The notes: generated by a model not told the origin, from the letters alone. DNA of 64,000 nucleotides from Candidatus Parcubacteria bacterium (GCA_016196625.1 JACPXH010000007.1:150461-214460), one strand, 5' to 3'; shown: positions 1 to 8,423, counted from the first letter of the stretch. Numbers and translations: made by a program.

Positions 1-1017
1 AAAGAATCAGAGACCAACCCGAAGGTGCAGATTCTGGAAGAGGCGGTCCGCGAGATTAAGGATCGCTTCGGCGAAGGAGCAATCATGCGGCTCGGCGAAG
101 CGCGGCGGGTTGAGGTTGATGCGATTCCAACCGGCTCCCTCTCTCTTGATTTAGCTTTGGGCGTGGGCGGGATCCCGAAGGGGCGGGTCGTGGAAATTTT
201 CGGTCCTGAGTCATCTGGCAAAACGACCTTAGCCTTGCATATCGTCGCCCAAGTGCAAAAGCGCGGGGGACTGGCTGCCTTCGTGGATGCGGAGCACGCC
301 CTTGATCCCGAGTACGCCAAGCGCATCGGCGTGAATGTAAACGACCTTTTCATTTCTCAGCCGGATACGGGCGAGCAGGCGCTCGATATTGTCGAGGCGC
401 TAGTCAAGTCTGAAGCGGTTGACGTGATTGTGGTGGATTCAGTGGCCGCGCTCACGCCGAGAGCCGAAATTGAAGGCGAGATGGGTGAACCGCACATGGG
501 TTTGCAGGCGCGGCTCATGTCCCAAGCCTTGCGGAAACTTACGGCCATTGTGGCCAAGGCCGGGGTTACGGTTATTTTCATCAACCAGATCCGCATGCAG
601 ATCGGCATCATGTTTGGCAATCCTGAGACTACCACCGGCGGAAAGGCCCTCAAGTTCTACGCCTCGGTCCGGATTGAGGTGCGCCGGGCCGCGCAAATCA
701 AGAAAGGGGAAGCGATTGTGGGTAACCTCGTGAAAGCTAAGGTTGTTAAAAACAAAGTGGCCCCGCCCTTTCGTACAGCCGAGTTTGCAATTTTGTATAA
801 CGAAGGGATTTCGTGGGAGGCGGACGTCGTGAACGCCGGCATCCGCTACGGCATCGTGCGCAAAGCCGGCAGTTGGCTCTTGTGGGAAAACGAGCAGCTC
901 GGTCAGGGCTTGGAACAGGCGCGCGCACATTTGAAAGAACATTCGGACATGGCGAAAAAGCTTGCGGAAACGATTCGGGCCGCGGCGGAAGCGCAAGAGG
1001 CGCTTGCCGTAGCGTAG
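1..1017 (+). CDS. recA: Recombinase RecA, 5' end outside the window. The reading frame is open from nt 1; a GTG at 25 is in frame.
   Basis: RecA core motifs are present in the translation ([13 protein letters not shown] Walker [21 protein letters not shown]). The frame is open to the window start with no stop. Confidence 0.9.
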   Translation, partial: KESETNPKVQILEEAVREIKDRFGEGAIMRLGEARRVEVDAIPTGSLSLDLALGVGGIPKGRVVEIFGPESSGKTTLALHIVAQVQKRGGLAAFVDAEHALDPEYAKRIGVNVNDLFISQPDTGEQALDIVEALVKSEAVDVIVVDSVAALTPRAEIEGEMGEPHMGLQARLMSQALRKLTAIVAKAGVTVIFINQIRMQIGIMFGNPETTTGGKALKFYASVRIEVRRAAQIKKGEAIVGNLVKAKVVKNKVAPPFRTAEFAILYNEGISWEADVVNAGIRYGIVRKAGSWLLWENEQLGQGLEQARAHLKEHSDMAKKLAETIRAAAEAQEALAVA

Positions 1018-1065
1018 TTCGGGGAGCGCGTTGTGACGGAGGTGGAAATTCGAAGCTGTACGAAT

Positions 1066-1103
1066 CCGCCCCCGGCCTTTGGCCGGGGGCGGATCGTTAT
1101 TTG
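1066..1103. terminator. GC hairpin between convergent recA and the HD hydrolase, usable by both strands
   Basis: A 12-bp stem CCGCCCCCGGCC / GGCCGGGGGCGG with a TTT loop (1066-1092) is followed by a T-rich tract on the + strand. Confidence 0.5.
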
Positions 1104-1690
1104 AGGAGTTTTTTCGCTTTCGCTTCGGCGAGGAGGTCTTCGAGAATGTCCCACAGAACGTCGCGTTTCTGCGGGAAGCGAGGCCAGATGTTGTTTTTTG
1201 CGGCTACGATTCGTTCGTACGTGAGTTTGCCCTTCTTCCATTCTCGGGCACCCGAAATGATGTTTTGGATGACCGGCAGGATTTTGTCGAGTGCCTTTAC
1301 GGTGCATGCTTCGGGGGAATACTTTGTTTCATATTCGTTCCAGAGCTGTCGGAGTTCTCTGCCGAGCGGCTTCGGGAGCTGGCGTGCAAGCCGGACAAGC
1401 GCCTTTTGCTCCCGTGCGTTTTTGTCTCGGTGTCCCTCGGTATCGAAGAAATACGTGTCGCCCGCGTAGATTTCTACTAGGTCGTGGACGAGCGCAAGTT
1501 CGACCGCCTTCGCAGTGTTGAGCCGGAATCCCAATTCGTCTTTCAGGAGCCACACCGCAAGCGCAAGGTGCCAACTGTGTTCAGCCGAATTCTCCTGCCG
1601 GCCGCTTGTGGTATGCACTTGGCGCTTGACTTCCTTGAGTTTGTCGATCTCCTTGAGAAACTCAACGATTTGCTTTGTGCTCCGTTTCAT
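1097..1690 (-). CDS. HD-domain phosphohydrolase (YfbR-like 5'-deoxynucleotidase family)
   Basis: HD motif in HDLVEIYAGDTYFFD and AEHSWHLALAV. Start chosen at MKRSTK (ATG at 1688-1690), not the upstream in-frame codon at 1804. Confidence 0.8.
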   Translation of the reverse strand: MKRSTKQIVEFLKEIDKLKEVKRQVHTTSGRQENSAEHSWHLALAVWLLKDELGFRLNTAKAVELALVHDLVEIYAGDTYFFDTEGHRDKNAREQKALVRLARQLPKPLGRELRQLWNEYETKYSPEACTVKALDKILPVIQNIISGAREWKKGKLTYERIVAAKNNIWPRFPQKRDVLWDILEDLLAEAKAKKLLK

Positions 1691-1722
1691 AAAAAAATCG
1701 CTGCTCGGTCTGGCAGCGTTCC

Positions 1723-1941
1723 TTACGTGAAGGTGTAGGGTAGGAGCGCCAGGAAACGTGCTCGTTTGATCGCCGTGGCCAGTGCGCGCTGGTGTTTGGC
1801 GCACAGCCCCGTTCGGCGAGGCGCGGCAATCTTGAATTGCCCCGTCAGAAACCGGCGCAGGAGTTCGGCGTCTTTGTAATCAATCACTTTGAGGTTGTGC
1901 TTGCAGAAGTGGCACTCTTTTTTTTGTACGATGGGGATCAT
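1723..1941 (-). CDS. rpsR: 30S ribosomal protein S18
   Basis: 72 aa with the S18 signature CHFCKHNLKVIDYKDAELLRRFLT...GLCAKHQRALATAIKRARFLALLPY. Confidence 0.9.
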   Translation of the reverse strand: MIPIVQKKECHFCKHNLKVIDYKDAELLRRFLTGQFKIAAPRRTGLCAKHQRALATAIKRARFLALLPYTFT

Positions 1942-1960
1942 GGTGCGTGCTTTGTTATCA

Positions 1961-2085
1961 CGTCATTGCGAGGAGCCGAGATCCCTCGGGCTCCCCCACT
2001 TCGTTCAGGACTCGCTCCGTTTGGCTCGGGACAGGCTCCGCAATCCCAGAGATTGCCGCGCGCCCGTTGGGCGCTCGCAATGACG
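1961..2085. repeat. Palindromic intergenic element with 12-bp terminal inverted repeats CGTCATTGCGAG / CTCGCAATGACG (family copy i)
   Basis: The termini at 1961-1972 and 2074-2085 are exact reverse complements. The GC-rich interior carries internal palindromes (GAGATCCCTCGGGCTC). It sits in the ssb-rpsR intergenic space. Related termini occur at 9909-9973, 10085-10096 and 25214-25269. Confidence 0.6.
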
Positions 2086-2096
2086 TATGGGGTTTT

Positions 2097-2561
2097 TTAG
2101 AACGGTATATCTTCCAGTTTAATTCCTCCCCCCTCGTCGGTCGGTTCATCGAGCTGAATTTCCGGCAGGTCTTCTTTTTTGTTTGCGCTTGCCGGGCTGG
2201 GAGCAGCCGGTTCGCTGGTTTCGCTTCGGTCGGCCCGGCGCGGTCCCAGCTGCAGCCCCTCGGCGATGATTTCGGTGCGCCAGCGTTTCTGTCCGTCCTG
2301 CCCCTGCCACGAGCGCGTCTGAAGCCTTCCTTCCACAAAAACGAGCCGGCCCTTGGCCAGGTACTGGCCCGCGATCTCCGCGAGCTTGCCCCACGCAACG
2401 ACCCGATGGAACTCGGCCTGCTCTTGCTTTTTGCCGTCGGCACCTGACCAGACGCGGTTGGTGGCCACGGTAAAGTTCGTAACCGTTTGCCCCGAGGGCG
2501 TGGTGCGGGTTTCGGGATCCTGCGTTACGTTGCCGAGGACCATGACGCGGTTGAAGTTCAT
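2097..2561 (-). CDS. ssb: Single-stranded DNA-binding protein
   Basis: OB-fold SSB sequence (MNFNRVMVLGNVTQDPE...TNFTVATNRVW...VVAWGKLAE) and an acidic C-terminal tail DEPTDEGGGIKLEDIPF. Start at ATG 2559-2561. Confidence 0.85.
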   Translation of the reverse strand: MNFNRVMVLGNVTQDPETRTTPSGQTVTNFTVATNRVWSGADGKKQEQAEFHRVVAWGKLAEIAGQYLAKGRLVFVEGRLQTRSWQGQDGQKRWRTEIIAEGLQLGPRRADRSETSEPAAPSPASANKKEDLPEIQLDEPTDEGGGIKLEDIPF

Positions 2562-2563
2562 AA

Positions 2564-2702
2564 GGAGTAATCGCGAATATACGAATTGTTGCAAATATAC
2601 AAATTACGGGATTTAGAGTAATCGCTAATATACGAATGTACACAAATATACAAATCGCCGCATTCGTATATTATTTCAGATTTGTATATTCGCGATTACT
2701 CC
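2564..2702. promoter_or_regulatory. Iteron-like AT-rich array occupying the whole rpsF-ssb intergenic space
   Basis: Four direct copies of the 11-mer AATATAC(G/A)AAT and two inverted copies ATT(C/T)GTATATT. Three copies of GTAATCGC. Exact 19-bp outer inverted repeat GGAGTAATCGCGAATATAC / GTATATTCGCGATTACTCC. Confidence 0.5.
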
Positions 2703-3160
2703 CACGACTGCAAAATTTCTTCCAGTTTCTTGTCGAAGTCTTGCCAGCTGGTTGCTTCCTTTGGTCGTGGGGTCGCCGCGCCTTCTGGTTGGGGCGTCGG
2801 CACTGCCGCGGCCGGAGCGGGACGGAATTTCAGGCGGGCTGGAGAAGGTTTGGTCGGCCTGCGGACCTGTTGGACTAATAGGTACCGAAGCAGGCTAGTC
2901 TGGTGCCGGAGTTCTTCTTTGAGTTTAGCCGAAACATCGGCTGTGGCGGTTACGGTCATCACGCCAAAGTAGGCTTGCTTTTCGTGTTTGATCTCATAGG
3001 CGAGCCGGCGCCGTTTGGAGGTTTCTTCGCGTTCAATAATGCCGCCTGCGTCCTGGATGATCTTCGCAATTTTGGCACTCTCTTGAACAGCTGCGTCCTC
3101 CTCAAGGTTGCCCGAGAGGAGATAGACGAGTTCATAGGGGCGGTAGCGAGTGTCGGGCAT
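2696..3160 (-). CDS. rpsF: 30S ribosomal protein S6 (a longer in-frame ORF runs to 3208)
   Basis: S6 core RYRPYELVYLL...AYEIKHEKQAYFGVMTVTA, and the conserved rpsF-ssb-rpsR gene order. Start chosen at ATG 3158-3160. The P/A-rich C-terminal tail is typical of some S6 proteins. Confidence 0.85.
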   Translation of the reverse strand: MPDTRYRPYELVYLLSGNLEEDAAVQESAKIAKIIQDAGGIIEREETSKRRRLAYEIKHEKQAYFGVMTVTATADVSAKLKEELRHQTSLLRYLLVQQVRRPTKPSPARLKFRPAPAAAVPTPQPEGAATPRPKEATSWQDFDKKLEEILQSWE

Positions 3161-3303
3161 GGTTTGGTTGTTGGGGCCATGATAGCTGAACGTCAGGTGA
3201 TTTGGCAATAGGGCGGCTACAAAAAAGCAAAAAGTTTATACCCCGAGCCGGGTCGAGGGCAAGATGACAAGGCGCCGTTGTTCTTGAATTTTCACGGTCC
3301 CGC

Positions 3304-3337
3304 CCCGCTCGCTTCGGCGAGCGGGACTCTGCTTTTT
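3304..3337 (+). terminator. Plus-strand-oriented intrinsic terminator-like hairpin with no annotated + strand gene upstream
   Basis: Stem CCGCTCGC / GCGAGCGG (plus a C-G pair) with TTCG loop, followed by ACTCTGCTTTTT. Confidence 0.35.
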
Positions 3338-3353
3338 AGTATGCGCTATTGTT

Positions 3354-3389
3354 CCTCCGCTACAATGTATCGATACATTGTAGCGGAGG
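3354..3389. repeat. Perfect 36-bp palindrome CCTCCGCTACAATGTATCGATACATTGTAGCGGAGG (family copy 1)
   Basis: Exact reverse-complement symmetry, checked base by base. The 28-bp core is identical to those at 50002-50031 and 50525-50560. Confidence 0.9.
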
Positions 3390-3393
3390 TGTC

Positions 3394-4440
3394 TTAACCG
3401 ATTCGAAATTCTATTACTTCTCCGTCGCGCATGATGTACTCTTTTCCCTCTGACCTGATTTTACCTAGTTCCCGCGCCTTGGCCCAGGAGCCGATGGTGA
3501 GGAGCTCCCGCCAGTCAATCACTTCAGCACGGATGAAGTTTTTTTCGAAATCAGAGTGGATTTTTCCGGCGGCTTTCTGCGCGCTCGTTCCCCTCGTGAT
3601 GGTCCAGGCGCGCGTTTCCTTGGGGCCGGTCGTCAAAAATGAAATAAGCCCCAGCACGTCGTAGCAAGCAGTGATCAAAAGCGGCAGGCGCGGCGCCTCA
3701 CCGAGCTCATGCTGCTCTGCTTCGGTCAGCGAGGCGAGATCGAGTTCGTGTTTAAGGTTGAGTGAGATGACGGGCGTTGCCTGCGGCATGTCGAATGCGG
3801 TGTGCGCGGTTTCGGGACCATCAGTATTTAGGACGCAGATGAGGGGTTTGAGCGTGAGGAGCTGTACGTCAATAAGGGATTCTTCTTCCGGTTTGAGTGG
3901 TTCGTTTCGGGCTGGCTCGCCGCGCCCCAGAAGTTCGTGAAGCCGCCCGTAGACCGCAAGGCGTTTTTTCGATTCCGGGTCGCCGGCGCGCGCTTCACCC
4001 TCGAGTTTCTCAAGACGTTTTTCAACCAGCGCGAGATCCGCAAGGGCAAGTTCGGTTGAGATGGTGTCAATGTCCGCGGTCGGATCAACGCGGCCCTCAA
4101 CGTGGATCACGTTGGGGTCTTCGAACGCGCGCACCACTTCGGCAATCGCGTCCACCGCTCGGATGTGCGAGAGGAATTGGTTACCCAGTCCCGCGCCTTT
4201 GTGCGCTTCTTTGACAAGCCCGGCAATGTCCACAAATTCGATTGCGGTTGGCACGATTTTCGCCGAGTTCGACATCGCGGCAAGCTTGTCCAGTCGTTCG
4301 TCAGGCACGGCAACCACGCCCACGTTGGGGTCAATGGTGGCAAACGGGTAGTTCGACATATCCACCTGTTTTTTGGTCAACGCCGAAAACAGCGTGGATT
4401 TCCCCACGTTCGGAAGCCCGACGATGCCGATGGAGAGCAT
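3394..4440 (-). CDS. ychF: Ribosome-binding ATPase YchF (Obg-family GTPase)
   Basis: N-terminal G1 motif in MLSIGIVGLPNVGKSTLFSALT, and a TGS-like C-terminus (RAWTITRGTSAQKAAGKIHSDFEKNFIRAEV). Start at ATG 4438-4440; the in-frame N-terminal extension to 4518 was not adopted. Confidence 0.85.
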   Translation of the reverse strand: MLSIGIVGLPNVGKSTLFSALTKKQVDMSNYPFATIDPNVGVVAVPDERLDKLAAMSNSAKIVPTAIEFVDIAGLVKEAHKGAGLGNQFLSHIRAVDAIAEVVRAFEDPNVIHVEGRVDPTADIDTISTELALADLALVEKRLEKLEGEARAGDPESKKRLAVYGRLHELLGRGEPARNEPLKPEEESLIDVQLLTLKPLICVLNTDGPETAHTAFDMPQATPVISLNLKHELDLASLTEAEQHELGEAPRLPLLITACYDVLGLISFLTTGPKETRAWTITRGTSAQKAAGKIHSDFEKNFIRAEVIDWRELLTIGSWAKARELGKIRSEGKEYIMRDGEVIEFRIG

Positions 4441-4500
4441 AAATGCAGTATAATAATACCCACTAGAAGAAGATAATACTAATCTCTGGGTGGGGCTAAG

Positions 4501-5763
4501 ATGAAGCTGCGTGCCCAAATCGTTTTTGGTCTAGTGGGTGTCATGTGGCTCGTGTTGGCGCAGCCAGCGCCTGGATTTGCCCGGGCATGGTACTACCCCA
4601 TGGATGCGCACGAGGCGCGGGCCTATCTCAAGGGGTTTGGTCAGCTCATTGATACTGTCTTCTATGAAGGGCAGGAAGAGCTCTTTCCATTCAACCGTTT
4701 CTACGGCTATCATGCGGGCGTAGACTTGGAGGTGTCTCCGTCTGAATTGAGCACGCGCGTGCCGGTCTATGCCGTGACCTCGGGCACGATTTCGTACGTC
4801 GGCTCCCTAGCTGGCTACGGCGGTGTCATTCTCCTGCGATTGGACGGTGAGGCTACGACGGCGCTGTACGGGCATGTAAAGATCACCGACCTGCCCTACC
4901 GCGTTGGCGACCAGGTGAGCGCGGGGAGCGTTCTCGCCCACCTCGGTGATGCTTTCAGCGCTGAAACGTCCCGCGAGCGCAAACACTTGCATTTCGCGAT
5001 CTACCGCGGCACGGATCAGTACTTTCGCGGCCATGAATCCACGCCAGAGCAGCTCTCTGCAAGGTGGGAAGATCCGCTGGCGTACCTGCTCGAGCACGGC
5101 GCCGTCTCACCCCGCCCCGCAGCCCCAGTCGCCACGAGCACTCCGCCGTTGGAAAATGGTCAGCCTATCTTATATAATTATAATGGCAGACACGTTCCCA
5201 TGAATCGCACCATCATTTTTGTTATTGCTGGGGGTTTAGCATTGCTTGGCCTGGGCGTGGTCGCGTACCGGCAGGCGCGGTCTCCAGAGACCCCTCTGTC
5301 TGTTCCAGTGCCTGCGTCAGCGCCGGCCCCCGTACCCGCCCCGCCCACTGTCGAACCCGCTGCCGAAGTCGATGAGGCGGCCGCGTTCCTCATTTATACG
5401 AATGGCCTCAAACGGAGCTTTGCCGCGCCCATGTACCACCGGCGTTCTCCGGATGCGTACCTCGAGGCGAGTCAGCCCGCCATAGTTCGCGTCAAGAAAC
5501 GCGGCGTGACTTGGGATGAATTTTTCAAGACGCTGCCGTTTCGGCTCACGGGCGAGTGCCTCACTACCGGCACGGGCGACACCTTCTGTAGCGGCGGTGA
5601 GGGCGAGCTAAAATTCTATCTCAACGGCGTTCGCGTGGCTGACCTCCTCGATCGGCAGATTCATGATGGCGATCGGGCTTTAATCTCTTACGGTGTTGAC
5701 GGCGAAGCCCAGATCCAGAAACAATTCAGTCAAGTGCCTGATCCTCGGAGCCTGACCGATTGA
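4501..5763 (+). CDS. M23-family (LytM-like) metallopeptidase with a signal peptide and a C-terminal transmembrane segment plus extra domain
   Basis: M23 signature FYGYHAGVDL...YGHV...HLHFAI. Hydrophobic N-terminus. Pro/Ala-rich linker and a TM helix near residue 235. Confidence 0.75.
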   Translation: MKLRAQIVFGLVGVMWLVLAQPAPGFARAWYYPMDAHEARAYLKGFGQLIDTVFYEGQEELFPFNRFYGYHAGVDLEVSPSELSTRVPVYAVTSGTISYVGSLAGYGGVILLRLDGEATTALYGHVKITDLPYRVGDQVSAGSVLAHLGDAFSAETSRERKHLHFAIYRGTDQYFRGHESTPEQLSARWEDPLAYLLEHGAVSPRPAAPVATSTPPLENGQPILYNYNGRHVPMNRTIIFVIAGGLALLGLGVVAYRQARSPETPLSVPVPASAPAPVPAPPTVEPAAEVDEAAAFLIYTNGLKRSFAAPMYHRRSPDAYLEASQPAIVRVKKRGVTWDEFFKTLPFRLTGECLTTGTGDTFCSGGEGELKFYLNGVRVADLLDRQIHDGDRALISYGVDGEAQIQKQFSQVPDPRSLTD

Positions 5764-7112
5764 CTGTGACGAGACTCAATCTATCAATTTTCCACGCCTA
5801 CGACATCCGGGGCAGGTATCCGGATGAGTTGAACGAAGAAGCGGCTGGAGAGATCGGCCGGGCGGTGAGTGAGATGGCGCGGCAATTCGAGCCCGGCCCG
5901 GTTCTGGTGGCCCGCGACGGCAGAATCTCCTCGCCGCAGATTGCCGCTGCGGTGATGCGTGGCCTTGTTGCCGGCGGCAGCCGCGTGGTTGACATGGGTG
6001 TTGCGACCACGCCACTTTTGTATTTCATTGCGGCTCGGCACGAGGTGTCGGCCGGGGTCATGGTAACGGCGTCGCACAGCCCGCCGGAATACAACGGTCT
6101 CAAGTTCGTCCGTCGGGGTTCAGTATCGTTCCCGGAGTTCGGCGGGTTGGATGAGCTTCGGCAGGTACTCACGCGGGGTCTGCCCGAACCACGCGCAGGC
6201 GGAGCGATCGAGCAGGCCGACTACTCCGACGAATACGTCGCGTTCCTCGTCGAGCATGCACCCGCGGGGCAGTTCCACGTTGCGATTGACTCCGGGAATG
6301 GCGCAGCAGGCGTTATCCTGCCCAAGCTTCTGGGTCGCTTGCCGAACGTCGTTGCTGAACGGCTCAACTTCGCACTCGATGGTTCGTTCCCCGGCCGCGG
6401 GCCAAACCCATTAAAGGAGGGTGCGCTTCAAGGGTTGCAACAGGTTGTTCGAAGCAGCGGCTGCCAATTGGGCGTTGCTTTTGATGGCGACGGCGATCGG
6501 GCGCTATTTGTGGATGAATCTGGCGTTACCATACATCCAGACTTCATTACCGCCCTCCTCGGCCGGGCGCAGCTTGCGAAGCAGAAGGGTGCGGTCGTCT
6601 ATGATATTCGCTCCAGCAAGATCGTGCCGGAGACGATTCGGCTGGCCGGCGGAGAGCCAGTCGTAAGCCCCATCGGGTACACGTTCATCAAGCAGGCGTT
6701 GCGCGAGCAGAGAGGGATTTTCGGCGGGGAGCGCTCGGGCCACTACTACTTTCCCGAGATGCAGTATATTGATTCGGGGTTGTTCGCGTTTCTGCAGCTG
6801 CTCAAGGCGCTGGCGCGGGAGGGCAAGCCGCTTTCTCAACTCATCCTGCCGCTTCAGAAGTATGTTCAGTCGGGTGAGCTCAATTTCCATGTTGCCGATC
6901 CCGCCGCTACGATTGAAAAAATCGCCGAGCATTACGTTGACGTAAAGCAATCGCGGCTCGACGGGCTCACCGTAGAATATCCGGAGTGGTGGTTTAACCT
7001 GCGGCCATCAAACACCGAACCGCTGGTGCGGCTTAATGTGGAAGCGAATGATTCCGTGACGCTTGCTTCTCGGCAGGCGGAGCTGACCGCGCTTATCAAC
7101 GGCCGTTCCTGA
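5760..7112 (+). CDS. Phosphoglucomutase/phosphomannomutase-family mutase (GlmM/ManB-like)
   Basis: Active-site loop TASHSPPEYNGLKF, metal-binding FDGDGDR, and the N-terminal AYDIRG motif. The TTG at 5760 overlaps the upstream stop; a GTG at 5766 is an alternative start. Confidence 0.85.
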   Translation: MTVTRLNLSIFHAYDIRGRYPDELNEEAAGEIGRAVSEMARQFEPGPVLVARDGRISSPQIAAAVMRGLVAGGSRVVDMGVATTPLLYFIAARHEVSAGVMVTASHSPPEYNGLKFVRRGSVSFPEFGGLDELRQVLTRGLPEPRAGGAIEQADYSDEYVAFLVEHAPAGQFHVAIDSGNGAAGVILPKLLGRLPNVVAERLNFALDGSFPGRGPNPLKEGALQGLQQVVRSSGCQLGVAFDGDGDRALFVDESGVTIHPDFITALLGRAQLAKQKGAVVYDIRSSKIVPETIRLAGGEPVVSPIGYTFIKQALREQRGIFGGERSGHYYFPEMQYIDSGLFAFLQLLKALAREGKPLSQLILPLQKYVQSGELNFHVADPAATIEKIAEHYVDVKQSRLDGLTVEYPEWWFNLRPSNTEPLVRLNVEANDSVTLASRQAELTALINGRS

Positions 7113-7123
7113 CGGCGTGGCAC

Positions 7124-7160
7124 AACAACCAGTGCGCCCCGCGCAGAAATTGCGCGGGGC
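7124..7160. terminator. Hairpin between the convergent mutase and SDR genes
   Basis: An 11-bp stem GCGCCCCGCGC / GCGCGGGGCGC with loop AGAAATT. Confidence 0.45.
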
Positions 7161-7184
7161 GCTTCACGTTAGATCTTACGACGC

Positions 7185-7922
7185 TTAAAGAATCGTCCGT
7201 CCTCCATCCACCGCAATGCATTGACCGGTGATGGCGTCGGTTTCGAGCAGGAATTTTACTGTCTTGGCGATTTCCTCTGCGCCGATCCAGCGCTTGAGGA
7301 GCGTGTCTTTGGCGGCTGCTTCAATTTCTTTTTGGGACATACCGGGCGGCGGCTCAATCGGCCCGGGGGCGATCGCGTTGACCAGAATGTGCGGCGCGCG
7401 AGTGCGCGCAAGATAGCGGGTGAGCGCGATCACCGCGCCTTTTGAAGGGAGGTACGATTCCCACCCGCGCTCGGCGTAGGGTTTGATCGCGGCTACGTCG
7501 GCAAAGAGTACCACGCGGCCTCCGCCCTGCTCGACCATGCCGGGTTCAAGCGCATCCACGAGGCGCGCCGCTCCTTTTACGTGGACGTCGTAGAACTTCT
7601 GCCAGTCTTCGTCGGTCGGATTGATGATGGGTGTGGTGTTGTAGAGCGAGGCCATGTAGACAAGTGCGGCCGGCTCTCCCAGCTCATGTGAGACGGTCTT
7701 GACGATGCGTTCAATGTCAGCTGAATCGGTGGTGTCGCCCTGCACCGTGATCGCCCGTACGTTAAACTCCGCGCGCACAGATTCGGCCGTCTCTTCGGCC
7801 GCATCCTTCGAGCCGCGAAAGGTGAGTGCGATGTGCATGTCCGTTTCAGCAAGCGCGCGCGCCACCACGCGGCCCACCCGAGCCGCGCCGGTAATCAGGA
7901 CAGTTTTGCCTTTGAGGCCCAT
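7185..7922 (-). CDS. Short-chain dehydrogenase/reductase (SDR) family oxidoreductase
   Basis: Rossmann motif TGAARVGRVVA at the N-terminus, and a YxxxK-type catalytic region (SYLPSKGAV). Confidence 0.8.
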   Translation of the reverse strand: MGLKGKTVLITGAARVGRVVARALAETDMHIALTFRGSKDAAEETAESVRAEFNVRAITVQGDTTDSADIERIVKTVSHELGEPAALVYMASLYNTTPIINPTDEDWQKFYDVHVKGAARLVDALEPGMVEQGGGRVVLFADVAAIKPYAERGWESYLPSKGAVIALTRYLARTRAPHILVNAIAPGPIEPPPGMSQKEIEAAAKDTLLKRWIGAEEIAKTVKFLLETDAITGQCIAVDGGRTIL

Positions 7923-8299
7923 AATCCAAGCTTGCGCGTGTAGTCCACATCGCCCGTTCTATAATCATAGGTCAGTTCTTCTCCGGGTTGGATGTCGCGG
8001 CTCGCGATGTCGGGGCCAGCAGGATCAGGGTTTATGGTTGTGGGTGTTTCGGAGTGGTTGCAGAACCGAGCATCGTCGGTACAAAGAACATATCGCCGAG
8101 TGTCCGGATCAAGGTAGCAATAGTGCAGGAACTGTGCTCGCGCCGGTTCTGACAATCGCTCAAGGTCTTCCGCCGTGTATTCCATGTCAAAGCCGTCAGT
8201 AAATTCCCAGACTGGCATCCCTTGGGGAATAAACTGATCAGCAAACAGCCCGATGCCGTGGATTTTACTCAGTCCGATTTTTGTTTTTACGAGCAGCAT
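7895..8299 (-). CDS. SET-domain protein (putative protein-lysine methyltransferase). The ORF is open to 8380; the ATG at 8297-8299 is preferred.
   Basis: SET motifs GIGLFA, RFCNHS and ELTYDY. Confidence 0.7.
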   Translation of the reverse strand: MLLVKTKIGLSKIHGIGLFADQFIPQGMPVWEFTDGFDMEYTAEDLERLSEPARAQFLHYCYLDPDTRRYVLCTDDARFCNHSETPTTINPDPAGPDIASRDIQPGEELTYDYRTGDVDYTRKLGLWASKAKLS

Positions 8300-8377
8300 G
8301 GCGCGTTGACGTTTCTTTTTCTCGTGTGATGAGCATGTGGGCAGCGCGAGAGGCGTCCATGTTTTCCTCGCAAGTTT

Positions 8378-8409
8378 CACTTTCTAATGTATTAATACAT
8401 TAGAAAGTG
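8378..8409. repeat. Perfect 32-bp AT-rich palindrome CACTTTCTAATGTATTAATACATTAGAAAGTG
   Basis: Exact symmetry, checked base by base. Its core AATGTAT-TA-ATACATT resembles the AATGTAT-CG-ATACATT core of the three-copy palindrome family. It lies between the trpS stop and the SET-domain gene start. Confidence 0.85.
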
Positions 8410-8423
8410 GGGAGGCCCGTTTT

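Noticed and set aside
813-1469. 218-aa plus ORF overlapping the recA 3' end and the HD hydrolase
   Set aside because: It is out of frame with recA and antisense to the HD-domain gene, with Arg/Gly-rich composition typical of GC-rich shadow frames.
2564-2702. Possible CRISPR array or origin of replication at the 11-mer repeat block
   Set aside because: Repeat units are only 11 nt with irregular 6-13 nt spacing and include inverted copies. There are no cas genes and no dnaA/dnaN nearby. It is better described as an operator/iteron-like array.
6504-6950. 148-aa minus-strand ORF inside the PGM/PMM mutase gene
   Set aside because: It is antisense to a gene with clear active-site motifs and has no independent support.
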